Assembly (NCBI GenBank): GCA_002304845.1
Contig: DBPM01000017.1
Span: 1,198 to 29,141 of the forward strand
Origin: Candidatus Shapirobacteria bacterium UBA1420
Lineage (GTDB): Bacteria > Patescibacteriota > Microgenomatia > UBA12405
Reading direction: 5' to 3'
Length of the DNA: 27,944 nt
Notes under the pieces: model-generated
Seen by the model: the letters and a program-made list of their open reading frames with translations, nothing else
The model's database searches: none
What the model was told of the DNA's origin: nothing
In this document: positions 16,018-24,307 of the stretch, one piece after another
Layout of the letters: each line of letters opens with the position of its first letter
How positions within the stretch are numbered: position 1 is the stretch's first letter
Program-made: the position numbers and the translations under genes

Positions 16018-16188
16018 ATGAAAACTATCGATGAACTAGCCGTTGAACTTAAACTCACCCCCGATCAGACCCAAGGGATTAAAAAATATTTTGAAGATTC
16101 AGTAATCGAACTCTTAACTTCTCTTCAACAAGACAATCATCAAAGTTTTGAAGAGACCATTAATTCCATTCGCAATACTGACAATTAA
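16018..16188 (+). CDS. Unannotated 56-aa acidic helical protein
   Basis: MKTIDELAVELKLTPDQTQGIKKYFEDSVIELLTSLQQDNHQSFEETINSIRNTDN*. A perfect TATAAT lies 5 nt upstream. The ORF is below the track's size cutoff. Confidence 0.7.
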   Translation: MKTIDELAVELKLTPDQTQGIKKYFEDSVIELLTSLQQDNHQSFEETINSIRNTDN

Positions 16189-16804
16189 ACCACTCTCTGG
16201 CTTCAGCCACAGTTGTTTTTTCCCCATGTCCCGGCAATATTTCTACCTCATCGGGTAGTTTTAAAACTTTACAAATACTTCTAAACATTTCTCTATTGGA
16301 ACTGTATTGATGTCTGGTGTCACCTCTCATGCCTCCGGCAAAAATCAAATCTCCGTCAAATAAAAATTTATCCGCCAAAATTGACACCCCTCCGGGAGTA
16401 TGTCCGGGTGTTTTCATAATTTTTATTTTTTGCTCACCCAAGCTTAAACTCTGGGTTTTATCCAGATCAATGTCAATTTTTTTAAAATTCGGTACCTGAA
16501 TTTTTGCTCCTAAAAAATGGTTAGCACTTTCTTGTTGTCTGGCTAATAAAAAGAAGTCTTTTGGACTGGCACAAAAAGGCACTTGATAAATTAATTTCAA
16601 ATCCAGCGCCGCTAAATTATGGTCAAAATGCCCGTGAGTCGAAATGACGTATTTAAGTATCAGTTGCCTTTTTCCTATTTCTTCAGAAATTGTCTCCGCA
16701 CTGTCGGCAGCGTCTATCACCACTGATTCCTGACTTTGACTATCCCATAATAGGTAACAATTGGTCGCCAGTTCTCCTAAAACCAGTCTTTCATATTCAA
16801 ACAT
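16160..16804 (-). CDS. MBL-fold metallo-hydrolase (glyoxalase II-like)
   Basis: TNCYLL, THGHFDH, TPGHTPG, GDLIF, ILPGHG. Confidence 0.92.
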   Translation of the reverse strand: MFEYERLVLGELATNCYLLWDSQSQESVVIDAADSAETISEEIGKRQLILKYVISTHGHFDHNLAALDLKLIYQVPFCASPKDFFLLARQQESANHFLGAKIQVPNFKKIDIDLDKTQSLSLGEQKIKIMKTPGHTPGGVSILADKFLFDGDLIFAGGMRGDTRHQYSSNREMFRSICKVLKLPDEVEILPGHGEKTTVAEAREWFNCQYCEWN

Positions 16805-16829
16805 GACAATTATTATATAATATCCCTGT
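16805..16829. promoter_or_regulatory. Overlapping divergent TATAAT boxes in a 25-bp gap
   Basis: Minus strand: TATAAT at 16812-16817, 7 nt before ATG 16804. Plus strand: TATAAT at 16816-16821, 8 nt before ATG 16830. Confidence 0.6.
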
Positions 16830-17330
16830 ATGGAGAAAAATTTTTCACCCAGTAAACGTCTTTTTATCGGTTCCTTGCCTTATCGTTATACGGAAGGGGA
16901 GTTACTTAGCCTTTTTATTCCCTTTGGTAAGGTAATTTTTATCAAAATCATGCATAACCGTTGGGGTAAAAGTCGTGGTTTGGCCTTTGTGGAATTTGAA
17001 AATTTGGATGAGGCTATCGCTGCCAAAACCGCTTTACATGGCTATAAATTAGGTGATTTGTCTATTATTGTTGACTATGCTCAACCTGATCCCTTTCTCA
17101 CCCCCGAGGGTCAAGCTCGCCACCAAGAGGCTCTCGATCGTCACCCGGAGAGACGTGAACGTGAGGAAAAACGTTTCGACAGAAAACCGTTTAAAAAACC
17201 CAAAGATTCTTCCCAAAGAAACTTTAAAAAATCAAACGATTTTAAACATCAACGTCAATCGGTTTATGATTCCCGAACCCACCATGCTCGTGTTGGCGCC
17301 AAGTTTGCTCGCCGAAACAAAAAGAAATGA
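16830..17330 (+). CDS. RRM RNA-binding protein with a basic C-terminal tail
   Basis: RNP2 LFIGSL, RNP1 SRGLAFVEF, Arg/Lys-rich tail. Confidence 0.9.
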   Translation: MEKNFSPSKRLFIGSLPYRYTEGELLSLFIPFGKVIFIKIMHNRWGKSRGLAFVEFENLDEAIAAKTALHGYKLGDLSIIVDYAQPDPFLTPEGQARHQEALDRHPERREREEKRFDRKPFKKPKDSSQRNFKKSNDFKHQRQSVYDSRTHHARVGAKFARRNKKK

Positions 17331-17833
17331 AATATTTAGTCACCTTTGCCGGTCCCATCGGCTCCTCCAAGTCACCCATTGCCCATTATTTGAGTCATCA
17401 ATTCAATTTACCCATTATTTCCAACGATGTTATTAGAACTGAGGTTATTGAGGACTTAACTTTCCCTGATGAAGAGGAATTTCGCCACCGTGCTAGGACA
17501 CGTTGTCTAGATTTACTTCAATCAAGCCAACCCTTTATTTTTGACGCCAGTGTCGATCGTCAATGGCCAAATATTGAGGCACATATCCAACAAGCGCCAT
17601 ATCAAGTTTTTTTAATCAGTCTGGATATTAGTTATCCTTTTTTAGAAAAAATTCACGCTTACAAACAGTATCATGACAGTGCCGGTCGTCTTCGGGACAA
17701 TTATCAACAACACCAAGATTTTCTTAAACAATATTCCTCCTTGATTTCCGTATCTATTAATGATGACAACTTTAAAGATCGTCTCTCAATCTCTGCCGAC
17801 GCTCTCACCCAATGGCTCAAAGAACACCGTTAA
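17327..17833 (+). CDS. P-loop kinase-like protein (AAA_33/gluconate kinase-like)
   Basis: N-terminal Walker A variant GPIGSSKS, ISNDVIR, FIFDAS. Confidence 0.75.
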   Translation: MKYLVTFAGPIGSSKSPIAHYLSHQFNLPIISNDVIRTEVIEDLTFPDEEEFRHRARTRCLDLLQSSQPFIFDASVDRQWPNIEAHIQQAPYQVFLISLDISYPFLEKIHAYKQYHDSAGRLRDNYQQHQDFLKQYSSLISVSINDDNFKDRLSISADALTQWLKEHR

Positions 17834-18867
17834 AAAATATTCTCAATGCTAGTCAATTTCTTTTAGGTCTGTCTCCCATGGACGGGATTACTGATGCCGC
17901 TTTTAGATTAACTCAAACTCAAATTGCCAAACCCAATCTAATTTTTACCGAGTTTGTCAGTGCTGAAGGATTGGCTCACAATGCGGTAAAACTCTATGAT
18001 ACTCTCTTGTTCTCACCCCAAGAACGTCCGATAATAGGGCAATTATTTGGCAAAGACCCTCAATCTTTTTATACCGCTGCGGTAATTCTTTGTCACTTGG
18101 GTTTTGATGGTATCGATATTAATTTCGGTTGTCCGGCCAAAACTGTGACTCAACATGGTTCCGGTGCGGCCCTGATTGCTCAACCTCAATTGGCTGGAGA
18201 CATTATTAATTCTGTTAAAACGGCTATTGATGATTTTGCTACTAATAAAGTTTCCATAAATAGTCTGAAATTAAAACCCAAGGTTATTGAAGCTATCAAT
18301 AGAAATCTACAATATTCCCAACACCAAACTAAAATTATTCCCACCCTCTCTGTTAAAACTCGTCTCGGCATTGAGGCTGATGTCAGTCGTCAATGGATTC
18401 CTTTTTTATTGAATTTTAATTTGGATTTCTTAACTTTACATGGTCGCACTCTCAAGCAGGGTTATGCCGGTTTAGCTGATTGGCAGGCTATTTCCCGGGC
18501 CGGTAAATTGGCTAAATCAGCCGGAGTTTATTTTTTTGGCAATGGTGATATTGACTCAAGTCAAAAAGCTCTGGAATATTCGCAAAAATATCATATCCCC
18601 GGGATTTTAATCGGTCGGGCAGCCATGGGTAATCCATGGGTTTTTACTGGAAAACAGGCTAATTTTACAGAAAAATATCAAGCTATGCTGTTACACGCTC
18701 AAAATTTTTTAAAAATTTTTCCTCATCGTCGTTTTGATCCTTTGCGTCGTCATTTTCTCTTATATGTTTCCGGACACCCTCGCGCCAAAGCCTTGCGTCA
18801 AGAAATTGTTCAGTTGACCTCAATTGAGCAACTTTGTTCTCTTGAAGAAAAAATTCTTAATTGTTAA
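17812..18867 (+). CDS. dus: tRNA-dihydrouridine synthase
   Basis: SPMDGITD, QLFG, DINFGCP, VKTRLG, HGRT, GNGDI, IGRAAMGNPWVF. Confidence 0.93.
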   Translation: MAQRTPLKNILNASQFLLGLSPMDGITDAAFRLTQTQIAKPNLIFTEFVSAEGLAHNAVKLYDTLLFSPQERPIIGQLFGKDPQSFYTAAVILCHLGFDGIDINFGCPAKTVTQHGSGAALIAQPQLAGDIINSVKTAIDDFATNKVSINSLKLKPKVIEAINRNLQYSQHQTKIIPTLSVKTRLGIEADVSRQWIPFLLNFNLDFLTLHGRTLKQGYAGLADWQAISRAGKLAKSAGVYFFGNGDIDSSQKALEYSQKYHIPGILIGRAAMGNPWVFTGKQANFTEKYQAMLLHAQNFLKIFPHRRFDPLRRHFLLYVSGHPRAKALRQEIVQLTSIEQLCSLEEKILNC

Positions 18868-18877
18868 ATTAAACGGT

Positions 18878-19270
18878 ATGGCTAATTCCGACACTTTAAT
18901 TAATATTGAAAATCTAATTAAAAGTCATGACGACCGACTGCGACTTTTAACTCAGGAACTCAAAACTCAAACCGGCATGCTCTCAGACATCTTAGACAAC
19001 AACCAAGAATACAAAGACGCTACCGCTGAAGCCCAAAAAATGACCAAACTCAAAACTTTAGCCAAACAAAAAGTCTTAAAATTGCCCGAATCTACCACCT
19101 TGGTTGAAAAAATCAAAGATTATCAAGCTCAAATTAAAGAATTAAAAATTGCCCTCTCCGATTATCTGGCTCAATATGTCACCCTCTCCGGTTCCACTCA
19201 TATTGAAGCTTCCGATGGTACTCTTAAAACTATTATTTATACTGCCAAATTAGTTAATAAAAAAGATTAA
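18878..19270 (+). CDS. Coiled-coil hypothetical protein, 130 aa
   Basis: Start moved to ATG 18878 because TG-T-TAAATT lies 7 nt upstream. Heptad-rich helical sequence. Confidence 0.75.
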   Translation: MANSDTLINIENLIKSHDDRLRLLTQELKTQTGMLSDILDNNQEYKDATAEAQKMTKLKTLAKQKVLKLPESTTLVEKIKDYQAQIKELKIALSDYLAQYVTLSGSTHIEASDGTLKTIIYTAKLVNKKD

Positions 19271-19273
19271 TCT

Positions 19274-19585
19274 ATGTCTACCATCACTCTCACTCAAGAT
19301 AATTTTCAGACCGAAGTTCTCCAATCTGAACTACCGGTTTTAGTCGATTTTTGGGCGCCTTGGTGCGGTCCTTGTCAAATGCTGGGTCCGGTTATTGATG
19401 AGTTGGCTAATGAACTTTCCGGTACAGTTAAAGTCTGTAAACTAAATGTTGATGACAATTCTTCTTTAGCTTCTCAATACGGCATTGCCTCTGTACCTGC
19501 AGTCCTTATCTTTAACCAAGGTCAACTTAAAAATACTCTCATTGGTTTTCGTCAAAAACAAGACTATTTGGATGCGCTAAAATAA
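19274..19585 (+). CDS. trxA: Thioredoxin
   Basis: VLVDFWAPWCGPC, KLNVDD, YGIASVP. Confidence 0.96.
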   Translation: MSTITLTQDNFQTEVLQSELPVLVDFWAPWCGPCQMLGPVIDELANELSGTVKVCKLNVDDNSSLASQYGIASVPAVLIFNQGQLKNTLIGFRQKQDYLDALK

Positions 19586-19588
19586 GTC

Positions 19589-20539
19589 ATGTTAATCGAT
19601 GAAGCTAGAATTACTATCAAAGGTGGTAACGGCGGTGATGGTTTAGTTCATTTTTATTCTGACGCTTTTCGGCCCAAAGGCGGTCCTGATGGTGGTAAAG
19701 GTGGTAACGGCGGCAATCTTTATTTTAAAGCCGTCTCTGATATTAGTCGCCTTAATCTCTTTCGTTATTCCAAAAAATTTGCCGCTCAAGATGGTCAAAA
19801 AGGTGGTCCTAATAATCGTACTGGTCGGAATGGTAAAGATGTTGTTTTAGAAGTTCCTATAGGCACGGTTATTTCCTACGATAATGGCACCAGTCATGAG
19901 TTAACCACTGTCGGCGAAATTTTTTTGGGGGCCAAAGGTGGTCGAGGTGGTTGGGGTAATTGGCATTTTCGTTCTGCCACCAATCAGACCCCTCAAGAAT
20001 TTCAACCCGGTCAAAAAGTTGATCCTAAAAATATTTTTTTACAATTAAAATTAATTGCTGATGTTGGTTTTATCGGTTTACCTAATGCTGGTAAGAGCTC
20101 TTTATTAAATGAATTAACCTCAGCTAATGTTAAAGTCGCCAACTACCCCTTCACCACTCTGGAACCGAATTTAGGCGTTACCAAGGGTAATAAAGTTATC
20201 GCCGATATTCCAGGATTAATTGAAGGGGCTGGCACTGGCAAAGGTCTGGGTATTAAGTTTTTAAAACACATCGAAAGAACCAAGTTACTAATTCATTGTC
20301 TCGCTGTCGATAATCCTGATCTAAAAACAGCCTACGATATTGTCCGCCGAGAACTAACTAATTATTCCAGTTGTCTCGCTTCTAAAAAAGAAATTTTAAT
20401 TTTGACTAAATCAGATCTACTCGATTCAACATCTCTTAAAAAAGTGGAAAAAGCTATGAAAGCAAAACTGTCGGTCTCAATTATTAACACCGACAGTTTA
20501 AAAAAACTCAACGATTTAATCGCTGCTGAATTAGGCTAA
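19589..20539 (+). CDS. obgE: Obg/CgtA GTPase lacking the C-terminal OCT domain
   Basis: Gly-rich Obg fold GGPDGG.GG.GG; G1 GLPNAGKS, G2 YPFTT, G3 DIPG, G4 TKSD. Confidence 0.96.
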   Translation: MLIDEARITIKGGNGGDGLVHFYSDAFRPKGGPDGGKGGNGGNLYFKAVSDISRLNLFRYSKKFAAQDGQKGGPNNRTGRNGKDVVLEVPIGTVISYDNGTSHELTTVGEIFLGAKGGRGGWGNWHFRSATNQTPQEFQPGQKVDPKNIFLQLKLIADVGFIGLPNAGKSSLLNELTSANVKVANYPFTTLEPNLGVTKGNKVIADIPGLIEGAGTGKGLGIKFLKHIERTKLLIHCLAVDNPDLKTAYDIVRRELTNYSSCLASKKEILILTKSDLLDSTSLKKVEKAMKAKLSVSIINTDSLKKLNDLIAAELG

Positions 20540-20962
20540 AGATTTTTTGATTTTCTCCCAATCTTTTTTCAGATAGCCAGCGATTTTAACGGCTGCATTT
20601 TTAGTACTTTTCAAATCATCTTTAAATTCAACCACTACCTCATCGACTAATTTACCGTATTTAACCTTATCAATTTTCTCGCCGGCAGTTTTTAAGGAAG
20701 CTACCTTACCCATCAAAGAATTTTTAATTTTTTCGTATTTGATTTTGCCTTCTTCCGAATACTTACCAAAAGCCGCTGTGACCTCTTTTTTTGTTTTCAA
20801 AGCTTTACCTTTAACTTTCAGCGATAGTTCCGCGGCTAAATTTGAAATTTCCTGGCGGGTTTTTTTACCACTTTGAGGAGCCAATAATAAACCTCCAATC
20901 GCACCAGCCACTGCTCCTAGGAGTCCGGCTACAAACCAAGTCCCTTTTCTTTTTGTTGTCAT
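20531..20962 (-). CDS. YtxH-domain (general stress-like) protein
   Basis: GAVAGAIGGLLLAPQSGKKTR is the YtxH signature, followed by a charged helix. Confidence 0.85.
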   Translation of the reverse strand: MTTKRKGTWFVAGLLGAVAGAIGGLLLAPQSGKKTRQEISNLAAELSLKVKGKALKTKKEVTAAFGKYSEEGKIKYEKIKNSLMGKVASLKTAGEKIDKVKYGKLVDEVVVEFKDDLKSTKNAAVKIAGYLKKDWEKIKKSLA

Positions 20963-21018
20963 TTTAAAATTTAACTTATAACTATATTTAGTCTAAAGCA
21001 ATGCTTGTTATGTGTCAA

Positions 21019-21909
21019 TTAAAATTGCTCCATCCAATGTTTATCTACCTTGACTTCCAAACCCAAAAAAACCTTTTTTTGGGTCATTAACTCTAATTCT
21101 TTACGCGCGTTATAACCAATCTCTTTGATTTTTTGACCACCTTTACCAATAATAATTTTTTTGTATCTGTCGGTAGTGGTGACAATATCTGCCTCAATTA
21201 CTATAATTTTCCCTTTATTTTGAATTTCTTTAACCACTACTTGGATACTGTAAGGGATTTCTTCTCTTAAAAAGAGATAAGCTTTTTCTCGAATTAACTC
21301 AGCCACATATTCCTCGGGACTGGAATCAATAATCGGTCTATCCACACGCTGGAAGCTGTCTATATTAGTTTTCGTTGCTCCAGTAATTTTTACTGGTAAT
21401 AGTGAAAAAATTTTATTGACTACTTCTTTAACTCCTTTTTCTTTTAGGGCCGATATTTTGACCCACTCATCAAATTCATCTTCCAAATAATTGTAATCGG
21501 CAAAATGATCTTTACTCCCCACCGCCTTGTCTATTTTGTTATACACCAAGATTTTTTTGGCTTCGCTTTTTCTCACCAAGGCAATTACCTTATTTTCCTC
21601 TTCATTTTTCGGCCGGGAAATATCAACTACCACCACCAATACATCAATATTACTCAAAGTCTTTGGTAACTCTAAATTAACTTTTTTGCCAATTAAATCC
21701 TCAACTTTTCCCAAAACTCCGGGAGTATCTATAAATAAAATTTTCCCTCTCTCATCTTCATAAACTGCACTAATATTTCTCCTGGTAGTTTGCGGTAAGG
21801 GAGAGGTGATAGCTACTTTTTGTTGTAAAATAGCATTCAATAAAGTTGATTTACCCGTATTAGGTCTGCCAATGATGGCGACTATGCCGTATTTTTTTTT
21901 ATCTGACAT
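21019..21909 (-). CDS. era: GTPase Era
   Basis: GRPNTGKS, PQTTR, DTPG, NKID, and KH domain EEIPYS/IIIGKGGQKIKEIG. Confidence 0.96.
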   Translation of the reverse strand: MSDKKKYGIVAIIGRPNTGKSTLLNAILQQKVAITSPLPQTTRRNISAVYEDERGKILFIDTPGVLGKVEDLIGKKVNLELPKTLSNIDVLVVVVDISRPKNEEENKVIALVRKSEAKKILVYNKIDKAVGSKDHFADYNYLEDEFDEWVKISALKEKGVKEVVNKIFSLLPVKITGATKTNIDSFQRVDRPIIDSSPEEYVAELIREKAYLFLREEIPYSIQVVVKEIQNKGKIIVIEADIVTTTDRYKKIIIGKGGQKIKEIGYNARKELELMTQKKVFLGLEVKVDKHWMEQF

Positions 21910-21945
21910 CGCTTTATTTTAACCCAAAAAAGCGAAATTATCTCT

Positions 21946-21979
21946 TTGACACTTAGCAGTTAAAATGATAGACTGCTAA
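21946..21979 (+). promoter_or_regulatory. Sigma70 promoter of lon overlapped by a CIRCE-like (HrcA) operator
   Basis: TTGACA (21946-51), 17-nt spacer, TAGACT (21969-74). Inverted repeat TTAGCAGTT-N9-GACTGCTAA (21953-21979) versus consensus TTAGCACTC-N9-GAGTGCTAA. Confidence 0.8.
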
Positions 21980-21982
21980 ATA

Positions 21983-24307
21983 ATGAAAAAAATTCTACCT
22001 CTAATCCCTCTGCGTAATGTGGTTTTGTTTCCTTCTGTGGAAACTTCCTTGTTTTTTGGTCGTAAAGAATCCAGCAATTCTTTATTGGAAGCCTATGACA
22101 AATACGATCGTTTAGTCATTATTACCGCTCAAAAATCTCCTGATATTGATAAACCTGAACTTAAAGACATCTATCAAGTTGGTGTCATCGCTCGGATTGA
22201 ACATATTTTACAAACTGATGGTAGTCTCCATGCTATTGTTAAAGGCTTGTCCCGTATTCATATCACCAATTTTGTTCATACCGAACCTTTTATTTTGGCC
22301 GAATGTGATGAATTACCTATAGTCACTGAACCAGTGACTCAAGTCCAAAAATCTGCTGAAGCTCTGTTGTCTCAACTTAAAAAAGCCTTTGCCTTGGGTC
22401 GCCAATTTGATTTACCGGCCATGATGCAATTATCTACCGGTGTTTCTTCCTCAGATTTAGCTGATCAAGTTATCTTTTCTCTTAATGCTAAAATTCCCCA
22501 AAAACAGGCATTATTGGAAACCATTTCAGTGAGTGATCGATTGACTCGAGCCACCGAACTTTTAATTGAGGAAATGAAAGTGGCTGATTTAGAACGTAGT
22601 ATTGAAGAAAAAACTCAAGCTAAATTTAATAGTGCCATGAAGCGTAGTGTTCTCGAGGAGCGTAAACATCAAATTGAAAAAGAGCTTAAAAAATTAGGTC
22701 AAAACGGTGATAGTGAGACTGATGAATTGGCCAAGAAAATTAAACAAGCTAAAATTCCCCCGACCACCAAGAAAAAATTACTCAAAGAGCTTGATCGTTT
22801 GCAAGAAATGGGACCCATGGCTCCCGAAGCCAGTTACCTTCGAACCTATTTAGACAGTGTTTTGGAACTACCCTGGGGTAAATATTCTGATGCGACGATT
22901 TCTTTGAATAAATCCAAAAAACTGTTAGATCGTGATCATTATGGTCTCAAAGATGTTAAAGAAAGAATTCTGGAATATTTATCCGTCATTAAACTTAAAA
23001 ATCAACAAAAAGATAAAGATACTAAAATGACCAATATTCTTTGTTTTATTGGTCCTCCGGGTGTCGGCAAAACTTCTCTGGGCAAATCCATTGCCAATGC
23101 TTTGGGTCGGAATTTCGTTAGAGCCTCTTTGGGTGGTATTCGAGATGAAGCTGAAATTCGAGGTCACCGCCGCACCTATGTTGGTGCCATGTCCGGTCGC
23201 ATTGTCAATGGCATTAAAGAAGCCAAGTCTATGAATCCGGTTTTTATGTTAGATGAGGTTGATAAATTAGGTGCTGATTATCGGGGTGATCCCTCCGCTG
23301 CTTTACTGGAAGCTCTTGATCCTGAACAAAACAACAGTTTTACCGATCATTATCTCGATTTTCCTCTAGATTTATCTCAAGTTTTTTTCATTCTCACTGG
23401 CAACGATATTTCTACCATTCCTTTTGCTCTCAGAGATCGTCTGGAAATTATTCACTTTTCCGGTTATACCGAGGATGAAAAATATCATATCGCCAAGGAT
23501 TATTTGATTGACAAACAACTTAAAGCCAATGGTCTCAAACCTAAACAAATTACTCCTCTCACAGAAGAGACCTTGCGTTTCCTAATAGATAAATATACCC
23601 GAGAAGCTGGTGTCAGAGGTCTTGATCGAGTTATTGCCTCACTGTTTAGAAAAGTTGCCAAAAAAATTGTCACTAAAAAAACTGATAAAGTGGACCTTAA
23701 CAATCGAACTCTAATTAAAAAAATGTTAGGACCGGAAAAATTCACCTCTCAACTCAAAGGTAAAAAAGACGAGGTTGGTGTCGCTACCGGTTTAGCCTGG
23801 ACTGCCGTTGGTGGCGATATTCTCTTTATCGAAGTCAATATTATGCCCGGTAAAGGTCAGTTAATTTTAACCGGCAAACTAGGTTCAGTCATGAAAGAAT
23901 CGGCCCAAGCCGCTATTTCTTTTGTTCGCAGTCAAGCCCAAAAATGGGGAATTAAAACCACTTTTCATAAAATTGATATCCATATTCATGTGCCCGAGGG
24001 AGCCACCCCCAAAGACGGCCCTTCTGCTGGGGTGACCATGACCACCGCCTTAATTTCGGCTCTTAAAAATCAACCAGTTCCCAGAGATATCGGTATGACC
24101 GGAGAAATTACCCTTCGTGGCAATGTTCTGGAAATTGGTGGTCTTAAAGAGAAATCTATTGCCGCTCATCGCGCCGGTCTCAAAACTATTTTTATTCCCA
24201 CCGACAATAAAAAATCTCTGGTGGATATTCCCAAGGAAGTTAAAAAAGACATTAAATATATTCCCGTCTCTCACTATTCCGAAATTTACAAAAGAATTTT
24301 TAAGTAA
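21983..24307 (+). CDS. lon: Lon ATP-dependent protease
   Basis: LAN domain PLIPLRNVVLFP, Walker A GPPGVGKT, Walker B MLDEVD, catalytic PKDGPSAG and GGLKEK. Confidence 0.97.
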   Translation: MKKILPLIPLRNVVLFPSVETSLFFGRKESSNSLLEAYDKYDRLVIITAQKSPDIDKPELKDIYQVGVIARIEHILQTDGSLHAIVKGLSRIHITNFVHTEPFILAECDELPIVTEPVTQVQKSAEALLSQLKKAFALGRQFDLPAMMQLSTGVSSSDLADQVIFSLNAKIPQKQALLETISVSDRLTRATELLIEEMKVADLERSIEEKTQAKFNSAMKRSVLEERKHQIEKELKKLGQNGDSETDELAKKIKQAKIPPTTKKKLLKELDRLQEMGPMAPEASYLRTYLDSVLELPWGKYSDATISLNKSKKLLDRDHYGLKDVKERILEYLSVIKLKNQQKDKDTKMTNILCFIGPPGVGKTSLGKSIANALGRNFVRASLGGIRDEAEIRGHRRTYVGAMSGRIVNGIKEAKSMNPVFMLDEVDKLGADYRGDPSAALLEALDPEQNNSFTDHYLDFPLDLSQVFFILTGNDISTIPFALRDRLEIIHFSGYTEDEKYHIAKDYLIDKQLKANGLKPKQITPLTEETLRFLIDKYTREAGVRGLDRVIASLFRKVAKKIVTKKTDKVDLNNRTLIKKMLGPEKFTSQLKGKKDEVGVATGLAWTAVGGDILFIEVNIMPGKGQLILTGKLGSVMKESAQAAISFVRSQAQKWGIKTTFHKIDIHIHVPEGATPKDGPSAGVTMTTALISALKNQPVPRDIGMTGEITLRGNVLEIGGLKEKSIAAHRAGLKTIFIPTDNKKSLVDIPKEVKKDIKYIPVSHYSEIYKRIFK

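Noticed and set aside
17812-18867. Functional link between the D-loop-modifying Dus and the D-arm-targeting cassette 1.8 kb away
   Set aside because: Only proximity supports it; dus is on the opposite strand in a housekeeping operon.
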